From the sequence record PZ445554.1: 64,000 nucleotides of DNA; one strand, written 5' to 3'. Origin of the DNA: a phage. Both the position numbers and the translations under genes were made by a program. This document shows, piece after piece, positions 1-10,978 of this stretch. A model generated the notes under the pieces. The model had not been told where the DNA came from. It did not search any database and saw nothing but the letters and a program-made list of their open reading frames with translations. Every line of letters begins with the position of its first letter. The stretch's first letter is position 1.

Positions 1-32
1 AATATATTAAAGCATATTAAAGAGGATTAAAA

Positions 33-2012
33 ATGACTTTATTATCTCCGGGCATTGAGCTCAAAGAAACTACGGTTCAAAGCACCGTGGTTAATAACTC
101 TACTGGTACAGCAGCTTTGGCCGGTAAATTCCAGTGGGGTCCTGCTTTTCAGATTAAACAGGTTACAAATGAAGTAGATTTAGTTAATACTTTTGGTCAA
201 CCAACCGCTGAAACTGCTGACTATTTTATGTCTGCGATGAATTTCTTGCAGTACGGAAATGACTTACGAGTAGTTCGTGCTGTTGATAGAGATACCGCTA
301 AAAACTCATCACCAATTGCTGGTAATATTGAATACACAATTTCTACCCCAGGTAGTAACTACGCGGTTGGAGATAAAATCACGGTCAAATATGTTTCAGA
401 CGATATTGAAACTGAAGGTAAAATTACTGAAGTAGACGCAGATGGAAAAATTAAGAAAATTAATATTCCTACTGCAAAAATTATCGCTAAAGCAAAAGAA
501 GTCGGTGAATACCCGGAATTAGGTTCTAACTGGACTGCGGAAATTTCTTCATCTTCCTCTGGTTTAGCTGCAGTAATAACTCTTGGAAAAATTATTACTG
601 ATTCTGGTATTTTATTAGCTGAAATTGAAAATGCTGAAGCTGCTATGACAGCGGTTGACTTTCAAGCAAATCTTAAAAAATACGGAATTCCAGGAGTAGT
701 AGCTCTTTATCCAGGCGAATTAGGCGATAAAATTGAAATTGAAATCGTATCTAAAGCTGACTATGCAAAAGGAGCTTCTGCATTACTCCCAATTTATCCA
801 GGTGGTGGTACTCGTGCATCTACTGCCAAAGCAGTGTTTGGATATGGACCGCAAACTGATTCACAGTACGCTATTATAGTTCGTCGCAATGATGCTATTG
901 TTCAAAGCATTGTTCTTTCAACTAAGCGTGGTGAAAAAGATATTTACGATAGTAACATCTATATCGATGACTTTTTCGCAAAAGGCGGCTCAGAATATAT
1001 TTTTGCAACTGCACAAAACTGGCCAGAAGGCTTCTCTGGAATTTTAACTCTGTCTGGTGGATTATCATCAAATGCTGAAGTAACAGCAGGAGATTTAATG
1101 GAAGCTTGGGACTTCTTTGCTGACCGTGAATCCGTTGATGTTCAACTGTTTATTGCGGGTTCTTGTGCCGGTGAATCTTTAGAAACAGCATCTACTGTCC
1201 AAAAACACGTCGTTTCAATTGGGGATGCTCGCCAAGATTGCTTAGTATTGTGCTCTCCTCCGCGTGAAACTGTAGTTGGAATTCCTGTAACTCGTGCAGT
1301 AGATAATTTAGTTAACTGGAGAACTGCGGCAGGTTCATACACTGATAATAACTTTAATATCAGTTCAACCTATGCAGCAATTGATGGTAACTATAAGTAT
1401 CAATATGACAAATATAATGATGTGAATCGTTGGGTTCCATTAGCAGCTGATATTGCTGGTTTATGCGCAAGAACTGATAATGTTTCTCAAACTTGGATGT
1501 CACCAGCTGGTTATAATCGTGGCCAGATTCTTAACGTTATTAAACTGGCTATTGAAACTCGCCAAGCTCAGCGCGACCGTTTATACCAAGAAGCTATCAA
1601 CCCAGTAACTGGTACAGGTGGCGATGGTTACGTATTGTATGGTGATAAAACAGCTACTTCTGTTCCTTCTCCGTTTGATCGTATTAACGTTCGTCGTCTG
1701 TTTAATATGTTAAAAACGAATATCGGACGTAGTTCAAAATATCGTTTGTTCGAATTAAACAACGCGTTTACTCGTTCATCATTCCGCACAGAAACTGCCC
1801 AATACTTGCAGGGAATTAAAGCTCTCGGTGGAATTTATGAATATCGTGTAGTTTGCGATACAACAAATAATACTCCGTCAGTAATTGATAGAAATGAGTT
1901 TGTTGCAACATTCTACATCCAACCGGCTAGAAGCATTAACTACATTACCTTAAACTTCGTAGCAACTGCTACTGGTGCAGATTTCGATGAGTTAACTGGT
2001 CTTGCTGGTTAA
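33..2012 (+). CDS. 18: tail sheath protein gp18
   Basis: 659-aa ORF; AGAGGA SD before ATG; N-terminus MTLLSPGIELKETT recognised as T4 gp18. Confidence 0.95.
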   Translation: MTLLSPGIELKETTVQSTVVNNSTGTAALAGKFQWGPAFQIKQVTNEVDLVNTFGQPTAETADYFMSAMNFLQYGNDLRVVRAVDRDTAKNSSPIAGNIEYTISTPGSNYAVGDKITVKYVSDDIETEGKITEVDADGKIKKINIPTAKIIAKAKEVGEYPELGSNWTAEISSSSSGLAAVITLGKIITDSGILLAEIENAEAAMTAVDFQANLKKYGIPGVVALYPGELGDKIEIEIVSKADYAKGASALLPIYPGGGTRASTAKAVFGYGPQTDSQYAIIVRRNDAIVQSIVLSTKRGEKDIYDSNIYIDDFFAKGGSEYIFATAQNWPEGFSGILTLSGGLSSNAEVTAGDLMEAWDFFADRESVDVQLFIAGSCAGESLETASTVQKHVVSIGDARQDCLVLCSPPRETVVGIPVTRAVDNLVNWRTAAGSYTDNNFNISSTYAAIDGNYKYQYDKYNDVNRWVPLAADIAGLCARTDNVSQTWMSPAGYNRGQILNVIKLAIETRQAQRDRLYQEAINPVTGTGGDGYVLYGDKTATSVPSPFDRINVRRLFNMLKTNIGRSSKYRLFELNNAFTRSSFRTETAQYLQGIKALGGIYEYRVVCDTTNNTPSVIDRNEFVATFYIQPARSINYITLNFVATATGADFDELTGLAG

Positions 2013-2028
2013 TACGGTGCATTCTAAA

Positions 2029-2046
2029 GGCCTGTTTCGGCAGGCC
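2029..2046 (+). terminator. stem-loop after gene 18
   Basis: GGCCUGU-UUCG-GCAGGCC hairpin just after gp18 stop. Confidence 0.5.
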
Positions 2047-2047
2047 A

Positions 2048-2055
2048 TATAAATA
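2048..2055 (+). promoter_or_regulatory. late promoter TATAAATA (gene 19, distal)
   Basis: exact TATAAATA. Confidence 0.7.
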
Positions 2056-2106
2056 CACTATATCCTTAATTCTTTAATTCTATATGCCCTAGGTTAAACA
2101 TAGGGA

Positions 2107-2114
2107 TATAAATA
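2107..2114 (+). promoter_or_regulatory. late promoter TATAAATA (gene 19, proximal)
   Basis: exact TATAAATA 15 nt before ATG. Confidence 0.7.
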
Positions 2115-2128
2115 CTACAGAGGCTAAT

Positions 2129-2620
2129 ATGTTTGTAGATGATGTAACACGAGCGTTTGAATCAGGTGATTTTGCGCGACCTAACTTATTCCAAGTAGAA
2201 ATTTCTTATCTTGGACAAAATTTTACGTTTCAATGTAAAGCCACTGCTTTACCAGCTGGTATTGTAGAAAAAATTCCAGTCGGATTTATGAACCGTAAAA
2301 TTAACGTAGCAGGCGATCGTACATTCGATGACTGGACTGTTACAGTAATGAACGATGAAGCTCATGATGCTCGTCAGAAGTTCGTTGATTGGCAAAGCAT
2401 TGCTGCGGGGCAAGGAAACGAAATTACTGGTGGAAAACCTGCAGAGTATAAAAAGAGCGCTATCGTTCGTCAATATGCTCGTGACGCTAAAACAGTAACA
2501 AAAGAAATTGAAATTAAAGGTCTGTGGCCTACTAACGTGGGTGAACTTCAATTAGATTGGGATTCAAACAATGAAATCCAAACATTTGAAGTAACTCTTG
2601 CTCTCGATTATTGGGAATAA
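2129..2620 (+). CDS. 19: tail tube protein gp19
   Basis: 163-aa ORF recognised as T4 gp19; preceded by two TATAAATA late promoters. Confidence 0.95.
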   Translation: MFVDDVTRAFESGDFARPNLFQVEISYLGQNFTFQCKATALPAGIVEKIPVGFMNRKINVAGDRTFDDWTVTVMNDEAHDARQKFVDWQSIAAGQGNEITGGKPAEYKKSAIVRQYARDAKTVTKEIEIKGLWPTNVGELQLDWDSNNEIQTFEVTLALDYWE

Positions 2621-2626
2621 AATGAA

Positions 2627-2642
2627 TGGGGAGAAATCCCCA
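2627..2642 (+). terminator. stem-loop after gene 19
   Basis: UGGGGA-GAAA-UCCCCA hairpin. Confidence 0.5.
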
Positions 2643-2652
2643 TCCTGCTTAA

Positions 2653-4277
<1,625 letters not shown>

Positions 4278-4278
<1 letters not shown>

Positions 4279-4517
4279 TGGAAGGTTTAATTGAAGCTAT
4301 TAAATCAAACGACCTCGTAGCCGCTCGTAAATTATTTGCTGAAGCCATGGCTGCAAGAACGATTGATTTAATTAAAGAAGAAAAAATCGCTATCGCTCGT
4401 AATTTCTTAATCGAAGGTGAAGAACCTGATGACGAGGATGATGACGAAGACGAAGATAGCGATGATAAAGACGACAAAAAAGACAAAGACTCTGACGAAG
4501 ACGAGGATGATGAATAA
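4278..4517 (+). CDS. 67: prohead core protein gp67 (acidic C-terminal tail)
   Basis: 79-aa ORF overlapping gene 20 stop; poly-Asp/Glu tail; T4 gene order. Confidence 0.85.
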
Positions 4518-4942
4518 TGCTTCTGATCCCTGAAACTCATGAATTAGTTCTCGAGAATGTCGAAGCACTTATTCCTGAAGCACAGGGTCGCTTTGACGAA
4601 TTGTCTTCTGCTTTAAATAAAGACGATATAAATACAATTGTCGAGAATATGCTTGATGATGAAACTGATTTAGCGGTTGCATTAGCTTCTATTAATGAAA
4701 ATATGCCGTTAAATGAATTCATCGTTAAACATGTTTCCGCCCGTGGTGAAATTACTCGTACTAAAGACCGCAAAACGCGTGAACGTAATGCATTTCAAAC
4801 CACTGGGCTGTCTAAAGCAAAACGTAGACAAATTGCTCGTAAAGCTACCAAAACGAAGATTGCCAATCCAGCAGGTCAATCTCGTGCTCAGCGTAAGCGT
4901 AAAAAAGCTCTTAAACGCCGTAAAGCATTAGGATTAAGCTAA
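4517..4942 (+). CDS. 68: prohead core protein gp68
   Basis: 141-aa ORF, ATGA-type coupling with neighbours; T4 synteny. Confidence 0.85.
4627..4634 (+). promoter_or_regulatory. candidate late promoter TATAAATA inside gene 68
   Basis: exact TATAAATA within coding sequence upstream of gene 21. Confidence 0.4.
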
Positions 4943-5580
4943 TGAATGAACCCCAATTACTAATTGAAACTTGGGGTCAACCTGGCGAAATTATTGATGG
5001 CGTACCAATGCTTGAATCTCATGATGGAAAAGACTTAGGTTTAAAACCGGGTTTATACATCGAAGGAATATTCATGCAAGCGGAAGTCGTCAATAGAAAT
5101 AAACGTCTTTATCCAAAACGTATATTAGAAAAAGCGGTAAAAGACTATATTAATGAGCAAGTTTTAACTAAACAAGCTCTCGGAGAATTAAATCATCCTC
5201 CACGCGCTAATGTTGACCCGATGCAAGCCGCTATCATTATAGAAGATATGTGGTGGAAAGGAAATGACGTATACGGACGAGCTCGTGTTATTGAAGGTGA
5301 CCATGGTCCTGGAGATAAATTAGCAGCTAATATTCGTGCCGGATGGATTCCAGGAGTTTCTTCTCGTGGATTAGGTTCATTGACTGACACAAATAAAGGT
5401 TATCGTATCGTAAACGAAGGATTCAAATTAACTGTAGGTGTTGATGCAGTATGGGGTCCAAGTGCTCCAGATGCATGGGTAACTCCTAAGGAAATTACCG
5501 AATCACAGACGGCGGAAGCCGATACAAGTGCCGATGACGCCTATATGGCTCTCGCAGAGGCCATGAAAAAAGCGTTATAA
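4942..5580 (+). CDS. 21: prohead core scaffold protein and protease gp21
   Basis: 212-aa ORF recognised as T4 gp21 prohead protease. Confidence 0.93.
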   Translation: MNEPQLLIETWGQPGEIIDGVPMLESHDGKDLGLKPGLYIEGIFMQAEVVNRNKRLYPKRILEKAVKDYINEQVLTKQALGELNHPPRANVDPMQAAIIIEDMWWKGNDVYGRARVIEGDHGPGDKLAANIRAGWIPGVSSRGLGSLTDTNKGYRIVNEGFKLTVGVDAVWGPSAPDAWVTPKEITESQTAEADTSADDAYMALAEAMKKAL

Positions 5581-5583
5581 ATA
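5576..5583 (+). promoter_or_regulatory. late promoter TATAAATA (gene 22)
   Basis: exact TATAAATA overlapping gene 21 stop, 28 nt before gene 22 ATG. Confidence 0.65.
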
Positions 5584-5610
5584 TTATTATCTAAACAACA
5601 GGACTACAAA

Positions 5611-6420
5611 ATGCTTAAAGAACAACTGATTGCCGAAGCGCAGAAAATTGATGCTTCCGTTGCTCTTGATAGTATTTTCGAATCAGTTAATATTTCTCCG
5701 GAAGCAAAAGAAACTTTCGGCACTGTATTCGAAGCTACCGTCAAGCAGCACGCCGTTAAATTAGCTGAATCTCATATCGCTAAAATTGCTGAAAAAGCAG
5801 AAGAAGAAGTAGAAAAAAATAAAGAAGAAGCCGAAGAAAAAGCTGAGAAGAAAATCGCTGAGCAAGCTTCTAAATTCATTGACCATCTTGCGAAAGAATG
5901 GCTCGCTGAAAATAAATTAGCAGTTGATAAAGGCATCAAAGCCGAACTGTTTGAATCCATGCTTGGTGGATTAAAAGAGCTCTTTGTTGAACACAACGTT
6001 GTTGTTCCAGAAGAATCAGTTGATGTTGTAGCTGAAATGGAAGAAGAGCTGCAAGAACATAAAGAAGAATCAGCTCGTCTGTTCGAAGAACTCAATATGC
6101 GCGACGCATATATCAATTATGTGCAGCGTGAAGTGGCATTGAGCGAAAGTACTAAAGATCTGACTGAGTCTCAAAAAGAAAAAGTCTCTGCTCTGGTCGA
6201 AGGTATGGATTATTCAGATGCATTCTCAAGTAAATTGAGTGCAATCGTAGAAATGGTGAAGAAATCTAATAAAGATGAAAGCACTATTACTGAGAGTATA
6301 AATACTCCTGATACTGAAGCAGCCGGACTGAATTTCGTCACTGAAGCTGTAGAAGATAAAGCTGCACAGGGTGCAGAAGATATTGTAAGTGTATATGCGA
6401 AAGTCGCATCTCGTTTCTAA
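5611..6420 (+). CDS. 22: prohead core scaffold protein gp22
   Basis: 269-aa acidic coiled-coil-like ORF; T4 synteny between 21 and 23. Confidence 0.9.
   Translation: MLKEQLIAEAQKIDASVALDSIFESVNISPEAKETFGTVFEATVKQHAVKLAESHIAKIAEKAEEEVEKNKEEAEEKAEKKIAEQASKFIDHLAKEWLAENKLAVDKGIKAELFESMLGGLKELFVEHNVVVPEESVDVVAEMEEELQEHKEESARLFEELNMRDAYINYVQREVALSESTKDLTESQKEKVSALVEGMDYSDAFSSKLSAIVEMVKKSNKDESTITESINTPDTEAAGLNFVTEAVEDKAAQGAEDIVSVYAKVASRF
6297..6304 (+). promoter_or_regulatory. late promoter TATAAATA (gene 23), inside 3' end of gene 22
   Basis: exact TATAAATA ~135 nt upstream of gene 23 ATG. Confidence 0.65.
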
Positions 6421-6438
6421 TTTTAAAGGTTAACACAA

Positions 6439-7998
6439 ATGACTATCAAAACTAAAGCTGAACTTTTGAACAAATGGAAGCCATTACTGGAAGGTGAAGG
6501 TTTACCGGAAATTGCTAATAGCAAACAAGCGATTATCGCTAAAATCTTTGAAAACCAGGAAAAAGATTTCCAGACAGCTCCGGAATATAAAGACGAAAAA
6601 ATTGCTCAGGCATTCGGTTCTTTCTTAACAGAAGCTGAAATCGGTGGTGACCACGGTTACAATGCTACTAACATCGCTGCAGGTCAGACTTCTGGCGCAG
6701 TAACTCAGATTGGCCCAGCTGTTATGGGTATGGTACGTCGTGCTATTCCTAACCTGATTGCTTTCGATATTTGTGGTGTTCAGCCGATGAACAGCCCGAC
6801 TGGCCAGGTATTCGCTCTGCGCGCAGTATATGGTAAAGACCCGGTCGCTTCCGGTGCTAAAGAAGCATTCCACCCAATGTATGGTCCAGATGCAATGTTC
6901 TCTGGTCAGGGTGCTGCTAAGAAATTCCCAGCTCTGGCTGCTAATACTACTACAGTTGTAGGTGACATCTATTCTCACTTCTTCCAGGAAACTGGCACTG
7001 TATATCTGCAAGCTTCTGCTGTCGTAACACTTGATTCTAGTGCGACTGATGCTGCTAAATTAGATGCCGAAGTTAAGAAACAAATGGAAGCTGGTGCACT
7101 TGTAGAAATCGCTGAAGGCATGGCAACTTCTATCGCTGAACTTCAGGAAGGTTTCAATGGTTCTACCGATAACCCATGGAATGAAATGGGCTTCCGTATC
7201 GATAAACAAGTTATCGAAGCTAAATCTCGCCAGCTGAAAGCTGCTTACTCTATCGAATTAGCACAAGACCTCCGCGCTGTTCACGGTATGGATGCTGATG
7301 CTGAACTGTCTGGTATTCTGGCTACAGAAATTATGCTGGAAATCAACCGTGAAGTTGTTGATTGGATTAACTACTCAGCTCAGGTTGGTAAATCTGGTAT
7401 GACCCTGACTCCGGGTTCTAAAGCTGGTGTATTTGACTTCCAGGACCCAATCGATATTCGTGGTGCTCGCTGGGCAGGTGAATCCTTTAAAGCTCTGTTG
7501 TTCCAGATTGACAAAGAAGCAGTTGAAATTGCTCGTCAGACCGGTCGTGGTGAAGGTAACTTCATTATCGCTTCCCGTAACGTAGTTAACGTTCTGGCTT
7601 CAGTTGATACCGGCATTTCTTATGCTGCACAGGGTCTGGCTACCGGCTTTAACACTGATACTACCAAGTCAGTATTTGCTGGTGTTCTGGGTGGTAAATA
7701 TCGCGTATATATCGATCAGTATGCTAAACAGGATTATTTCACTGTAGGTTATAAAGGTCCGAACGAAATGGATGCTGGTATTTACTATGCTCCATATGTA
7801 GCTCTGACTCCGCTGCGTGGTTCCGATCCGAAGAACTTCCAACCGGTAATGGGATTCAAAACTCGTTACGGTATCGGTATCAACCCATTTGCAGAATCCG
7901 CTGCTCAGGCTTCTCGCATCCAGAGCGGTATGCCTTCTATTCTGAATAGCCTCGGTAAAAACGCTTACTTCCGCCGTGTATATGTTAAAGGTATCTAA
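6439..7998 (+). CDS. 23: major capsid protein gp23
   Basis: 519-aa ORF, N-terminus MTIKTKAELLNKWKPLLEGEG recognised as T4 gp23 precursor; strong UUCG-loop terminator follows. Confidence 0.97.
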   Translation: MTIKTKAELLNKWKPLLEGEGLPEIANSKQAIIAKIFENQEKDFQTAPEYKDEKIAQAFGSFLTEAEIGGDHGYNATNIAAGQTSGAVTQIGPAVMGMVRRAIPNLIAFDICGVQPMNSPTGQVFALRAVYGKDPVASGAKEAFHPMYGPDAMFSGQGAAKKFPALAANTTTVVGDIYSHFFQETGTVYLQASAVVTLDSSATDAAKLDAEVKKQMEAGALVEIAEGMATSIAELQEGFNGSTDNPWNEMGFRIDKQVIEAKSRQLKAAYSIELAQDLRAVHGMDADAELSGILATEIMLEINREVVDWINYSAQVGKSGMTLTPGSKAGVFDFQDPIDIRGARWAGESFKALLFQIDKEAVEIARQTGRGEGNFIIASRNVVNVLASVDTGISYAAQGLATGFNTDTTKSVFAGVLGGKYRVYIDQYAKQDYFTVGYKGPNEMDAGIYYAPYVALTPLRGSDPKNFQPVMGFKTRYGIGINPFAESAAQASRIQSGMPSILNSLGKNAYFRRVYVKGI

Positions 7999-8011
7999 TC
8001 TTTGACGATTT

Positions 8012-8031
8012 AAGGGACCTTCGGGTCCCTT
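8012..8031 (+). terminator. rho-independent terminator after gene 23
   Basis: AAGGGACC-UUCG-GGUCCCUU hairpin followed by U-rich tract. Confidence 0.85.
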
Positions 8032-8046
8032 TAGTTGTTTTTATGG

Positions 8047-8054
8047 TATAAATA
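8047..8054 (+). promoter_or_regulatory. late promoter TATAAATA (gene 24)
   Basis: exact TATAAATA 28 nt before ATG. Confidence 0.75.
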
Positions 8055-8081
8055 AATCATATAAACCAAAAGGAAAGCGCA

Positions 8082-9365
8082 ATGGCTAAAATCAACGAAC
8101 TTCTGCGCGAATCAACCACAACGAATAGCAACTCAATCGGTCGCCCAAATCTCGTTGCTTTGACTCGCGCTACCACTAAATTAATATATTCTGACATTGT
8201 AGCAACGCAAAGAACTAATCAACCTGTTGCTGCTTTTTATGGTATCAAATACCTTAACCCAGACAATGAATTTACATTTAAAACTGGTGCTACTTACGCT
8301 GGCGAAGCCGGATATGTAGACCGAGAACAAATCACAGAATTAACAGAAGAGTCTAAATTAACTCTCAATAAAGGCGATTTATTCAAATATAATAATATCG
8401 TTTATAAAGTATTAGAAGATACTCCATTTGCTGATATTGAAGAAAGCGACTTAGAGCTAGCTCTTCAAATTGCAATCGTTCTTTTAAAGGTTCGTCTATT
8501 TTCTGACGCAGCGTCAACAAGCAAATTTGAAAGCTCTGATAGCGAAATTGCGGATGCTAGATTCCAGATTAATAAATGGCAAACCGCGGTTAAATCTCGT
8601 AAACTTAAAACTGGCATCACAGTTGAATTAGCGCAAGATTTAGAAGCAAATGGATTCGATGCTCCTAATTTCTTGGAAGATTTGCTTGCAACTGAAATGG
8701 CAGATGAAATCAATAAAGATATTCTGCAGTCTTTGATTACAGTGTCAAAACGCTATAAAGTTACAGGAATTACTGATAGTGGATTCATCGATTTGAGTTA
8801 TGCATCTGCACCTGAAGCGGGTCGTTCATTATACCGAATGGTATGTGAAATGGTTTCGCATATCCAAAAAGAATCAACTTATACAGCAACGTTCTGTGTT
8901 GCTTCAGCTCGTGCCGCTGCGATTCTTGCTGCTTCAGGTTGGTTAAAACATAAACCAGAAGATGACAAATATCTTTCACAAAATGCCTATGGGTTCTTAG
9001 CTAATGGTTTACCGCTTTATTGCGATACTAACAGCCCATTAGATTATGTAATCGTTGGCGTAGTAGAAAATATCGGTGAAAAAGAAATTGTTGGGTCAAT
9101 TTTCTATGCTCCGTATACAGAAGGTCTCGACTTAGATGACCCCGAACATGTAGGTGCATTTAAAGTTGTTGTTGATCCAGAAAGCTTACAACCATCTATC
9201 GGTTTATTAGTTAGATATGCTTTATCAGCAAATCCTTATACCGTAGCAAAAGATGAAAAAGAAGCAAGAGTAATTGATGGTGGAGACATGGATAAAATGG
9301 CGGGTCGTTCAGATTTGTCTGTTTTATTAGGTGTTAAGCTACCAAAAATTATCATTGATGAATAA
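8082..9365 (+). CDS. 24: capsid vertex protein gp24
   Basis: 427-aa ORF, gp23 paralog; TATAAATA upstream. Confidence 0.95.
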   Translation: MAKINELLRESTTTNSNSIGRPNLVALTRATTKLIYSDIVATQRTNQPVAAFYGIKYLNPDNEFTFKTGATYAGEAGYVDREQITELTEESKLTLNKGDLFKYNNIVYKVLEDTPFADIEESDLELALQIAIVLLKVRLFSDAASTSKFESSDSEIADARFQINKWQTAVKSRKLKTGITVELAQDLEANGFDAPNFLEDLLATEMADEINKDILQSLITVSKRYKVTGITDSGFIDLSYASAPEAGRSLYRMVCEMVSHIQKESTYTATFCVASARAAAILAASGWLKHKPEDDKYLSQNAYGFLANGLPLYCDTNSPLDYVIVGVVENIGEKEIVGSIFYAPYTEGLDLDDPEHVGAFKVVVDPESLQPSIGLLVRYALSANPYTVAKDEKEARVIDGGDMDKMAGRSDLSVLLGVKLPKIIIDE

Positions 9366-9369
9366 AACA

Positions 9370-9389
9370 AAGGGACCGAAAGGTCCCTT
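9370..9389. terminator. bidirectional terminator between gene 24 and rnlB
   Basis: AAGGGACC-GAAA-GGUCCCUU hairpin with U/A-rich flanks on both strands. Confidence 0.8.
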
Positions 9390-9394
9390 TTTAT

Positions 9395-10399
9395 TTAGCT
9401 CACCAACTCAATCCAAGCTGGACGAAGTACATCTTGTACCATTTTAACTAATTCCTTTTTAATCAAAGAAGGATTATCTGCTTGAGTTAGAGTAATACCT
9501 TCACGAGAAGTTTCTTCCAAAATATCTTGAACAGTTAGCCCCATCACCTTTCCAAAATCCTTTGGACCAATTTCGCCAATTTTAGAAATAACGTTATTTA
9601 CCCGGTTCAGTGTAACGTAACAAGCTAAAATTCCCACCAATTTGTTATCAGCTTCTGATAGTTCAACTTTAGCTTTAATAGGCTTATCAGACTTTTTCTT
9701 TTCACTAAATTTGGAATTCTTGCATTTAATTGCTACACGATTTCCATTACGAAGCCAAGAAGGATAACAAGGTTTCAATACATATCCTTCAGCGGTAAAT
9801 ACTTCGCCTTTTGCTTCGGCATTCCAAACGCATTTATTTGCATCAACTAATCCAGCATGGTCTACTGTAAAATTATAATCTTGGATGACAGAATCTAAAT
9901 CATTTGGCAATTTAATAAGCTCTTCAAATTTACCGCGACCTAAAAGTGGAGCCATTTTAAATTTAAATGTATTGCAGAATGATTCCATCATATAATCGTC
10001 GACATAAGTCACATCGCCGCTTTCTGTAGTGACAATAATGTCAAATACATAAAAATCTTTATCGCCATAATCGACATTCTTCTGAATGCCAGGTCCAGCG
10101 AATTCGCCAAAGACTTGGTAAGATACAACTGCTGAAGTTTCCATAATATCTTGTACTGCTTTAATGGAATCAGCGTAATTCTTTAAAATAATTTCATACC
10201 CAAAGAAATCTTCAGCAGGAAGAATAGGACCAGTACGTTTAGCGCAAGTTACTTTATCACGCTCAATAATCAATGAGAAATTTGTACCATGAATCTTTTC
10301 ACGAGCTACCCACTCCCCACCAGTCAATCCCAAGCTATAAAGTTTTTCAATAAATTTAGAGTTGTAATGATTTTCAAGACTGCTATACTTTTTAAACAT
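9395..10399 (-). CDS. rnlB: RNA ligase 2 (Rnl2)
   Basis: 334-aa ORF, N-terminus [16 protein letters not shown] with KxHGxN ligase motif (EKIHGTN); T4 synteny. Confidence 0.93.
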   Translation of the reverse strand: MFKKYSSLENHYNSKFIEKLYSLGLTGGEWVAREKIHGTNFSLIIERDKVTCAKRTGPILPAEDFFGYEIILKNYADSIKAVQDIMETSAVVSYQVFGEFAGPGIQKNVDYGDKDFYVFDIIVTTESGDVTYVDDYMMESFCNTFKFKMAPLLGRGKFEELIKLPNDLDSVIQDYNFTVDHAGLVDANKCVWNAEAKGEVFTAEGYVLKPCYPSWLRNGNRVAIKCKNSKFSEKKKSDKPIKAKVELSEADNKLVGILACYVTLNRVNNVISKIGEIGPKDFGKVMGLTVQDILEETSREGITLTQADNPSLIKKELVKMVQDVLRPAWIELVS

Positions 10400-10408
10400 A
10401 ATTAATCC

Positions 10409-10687
10409 TCAAAATGTAATTTCTAACCAATCACCATCACGCTGATCACTATTGACTTTAAAGCTGAATCCTTCTTTTCTCAGCCAATCACCAATTTCTT
10501 CAGTAATCAATTTATCACGAGCAGTACAATAATAACTAAAATATGTTTTACCTTGTTCAGCTGCTTTATTAGCAAGTTCCGAAAAATCTTTAATAAAACA
10601 CTCTAGCTTAAACTGTTTACTTTTGAATGCTTTTTCACGCAATTGATTAGCAAAAGATTCATTTTCATAAAGATCATACTGTTCCAT
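10409..10687 (-). CDS. hypothetical protein (T4 24.2 position)
   Basis: 92-aa ORF, ATG start, synteny. Confidence 0.7.
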   Translation of the reverse strand: MEQYDLYENESFANQLREKAFKSKQFKLECFIKDFSELANKAAEQGKTYFSYYCTARDKLITEEIGDWLRKEGFSFKVNSDQRDGDWLEITF

Positions 10688-10889
10688 TTTTCACCTTTTT
10701 ATTGATATGTCTTTTTCTATAGACGACTTTTTCTCGAGTTTCAAATTTATTCTTAGCAGTCATAGCTCGAGCCCATAATACAGCCACTTCTTTTGCCTGT
10801 AAGTTTAATTCACGAGCAATTTCAATGAATGACTTTCCAGACTCATGAAGAGTAAACACCACAACCTCAGTTCTCATAATCAATCTCAT
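10674..10889 (-). CDS. hypothetical small basic protein with possible HTH (T4 24.3 position)
   Basis: 71-aa ORF; segment ESGKSFIEIARELNLQAKEV resembles a helix-turn-helix; start ambiguous (ATG at 10889 or 10877). Confidence 0.6.
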   Translation of the reverse strand: MRLIMRTEVVVFTLHESGKSFIEIARELNLQAKEVAVLWARAMTAKNKFETREKVVYRKRHINKKVKNGTV

Positions 10890-10956
10890 GTTATCGAGTT
10901 GGTGCCATTATATACATCATTTTCTGATTGTGTTTTGTGTGCTTTTAAAATGAAGA

Positions 10957-10974
10957 AAGGGGCCGAAGCCCCTT
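10957..10974 (-). terminator. terminator downstream of hoc
   Basis: AAGGGGC-CGAA-GCCCCUU hairpin; U-run on minus strand. Confidence 0.7.
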
Positions 10975-10978
10975 ATGA

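Noticed and set aside
4380-4517. Poly-acidic low-complexity stretch as a possible DNA repeat
   Set aside because: It is the coding sequence of the gp67 acidic tail (GAT/GAA/GAC runs), not a non-coding repeat.
5772-6116. 114-aa Ser-rich minus-strand ORF inside gene 22
   Set aside because: Antisense to the Glu/Lys-rich scaffold gene; codon-complement artefact.
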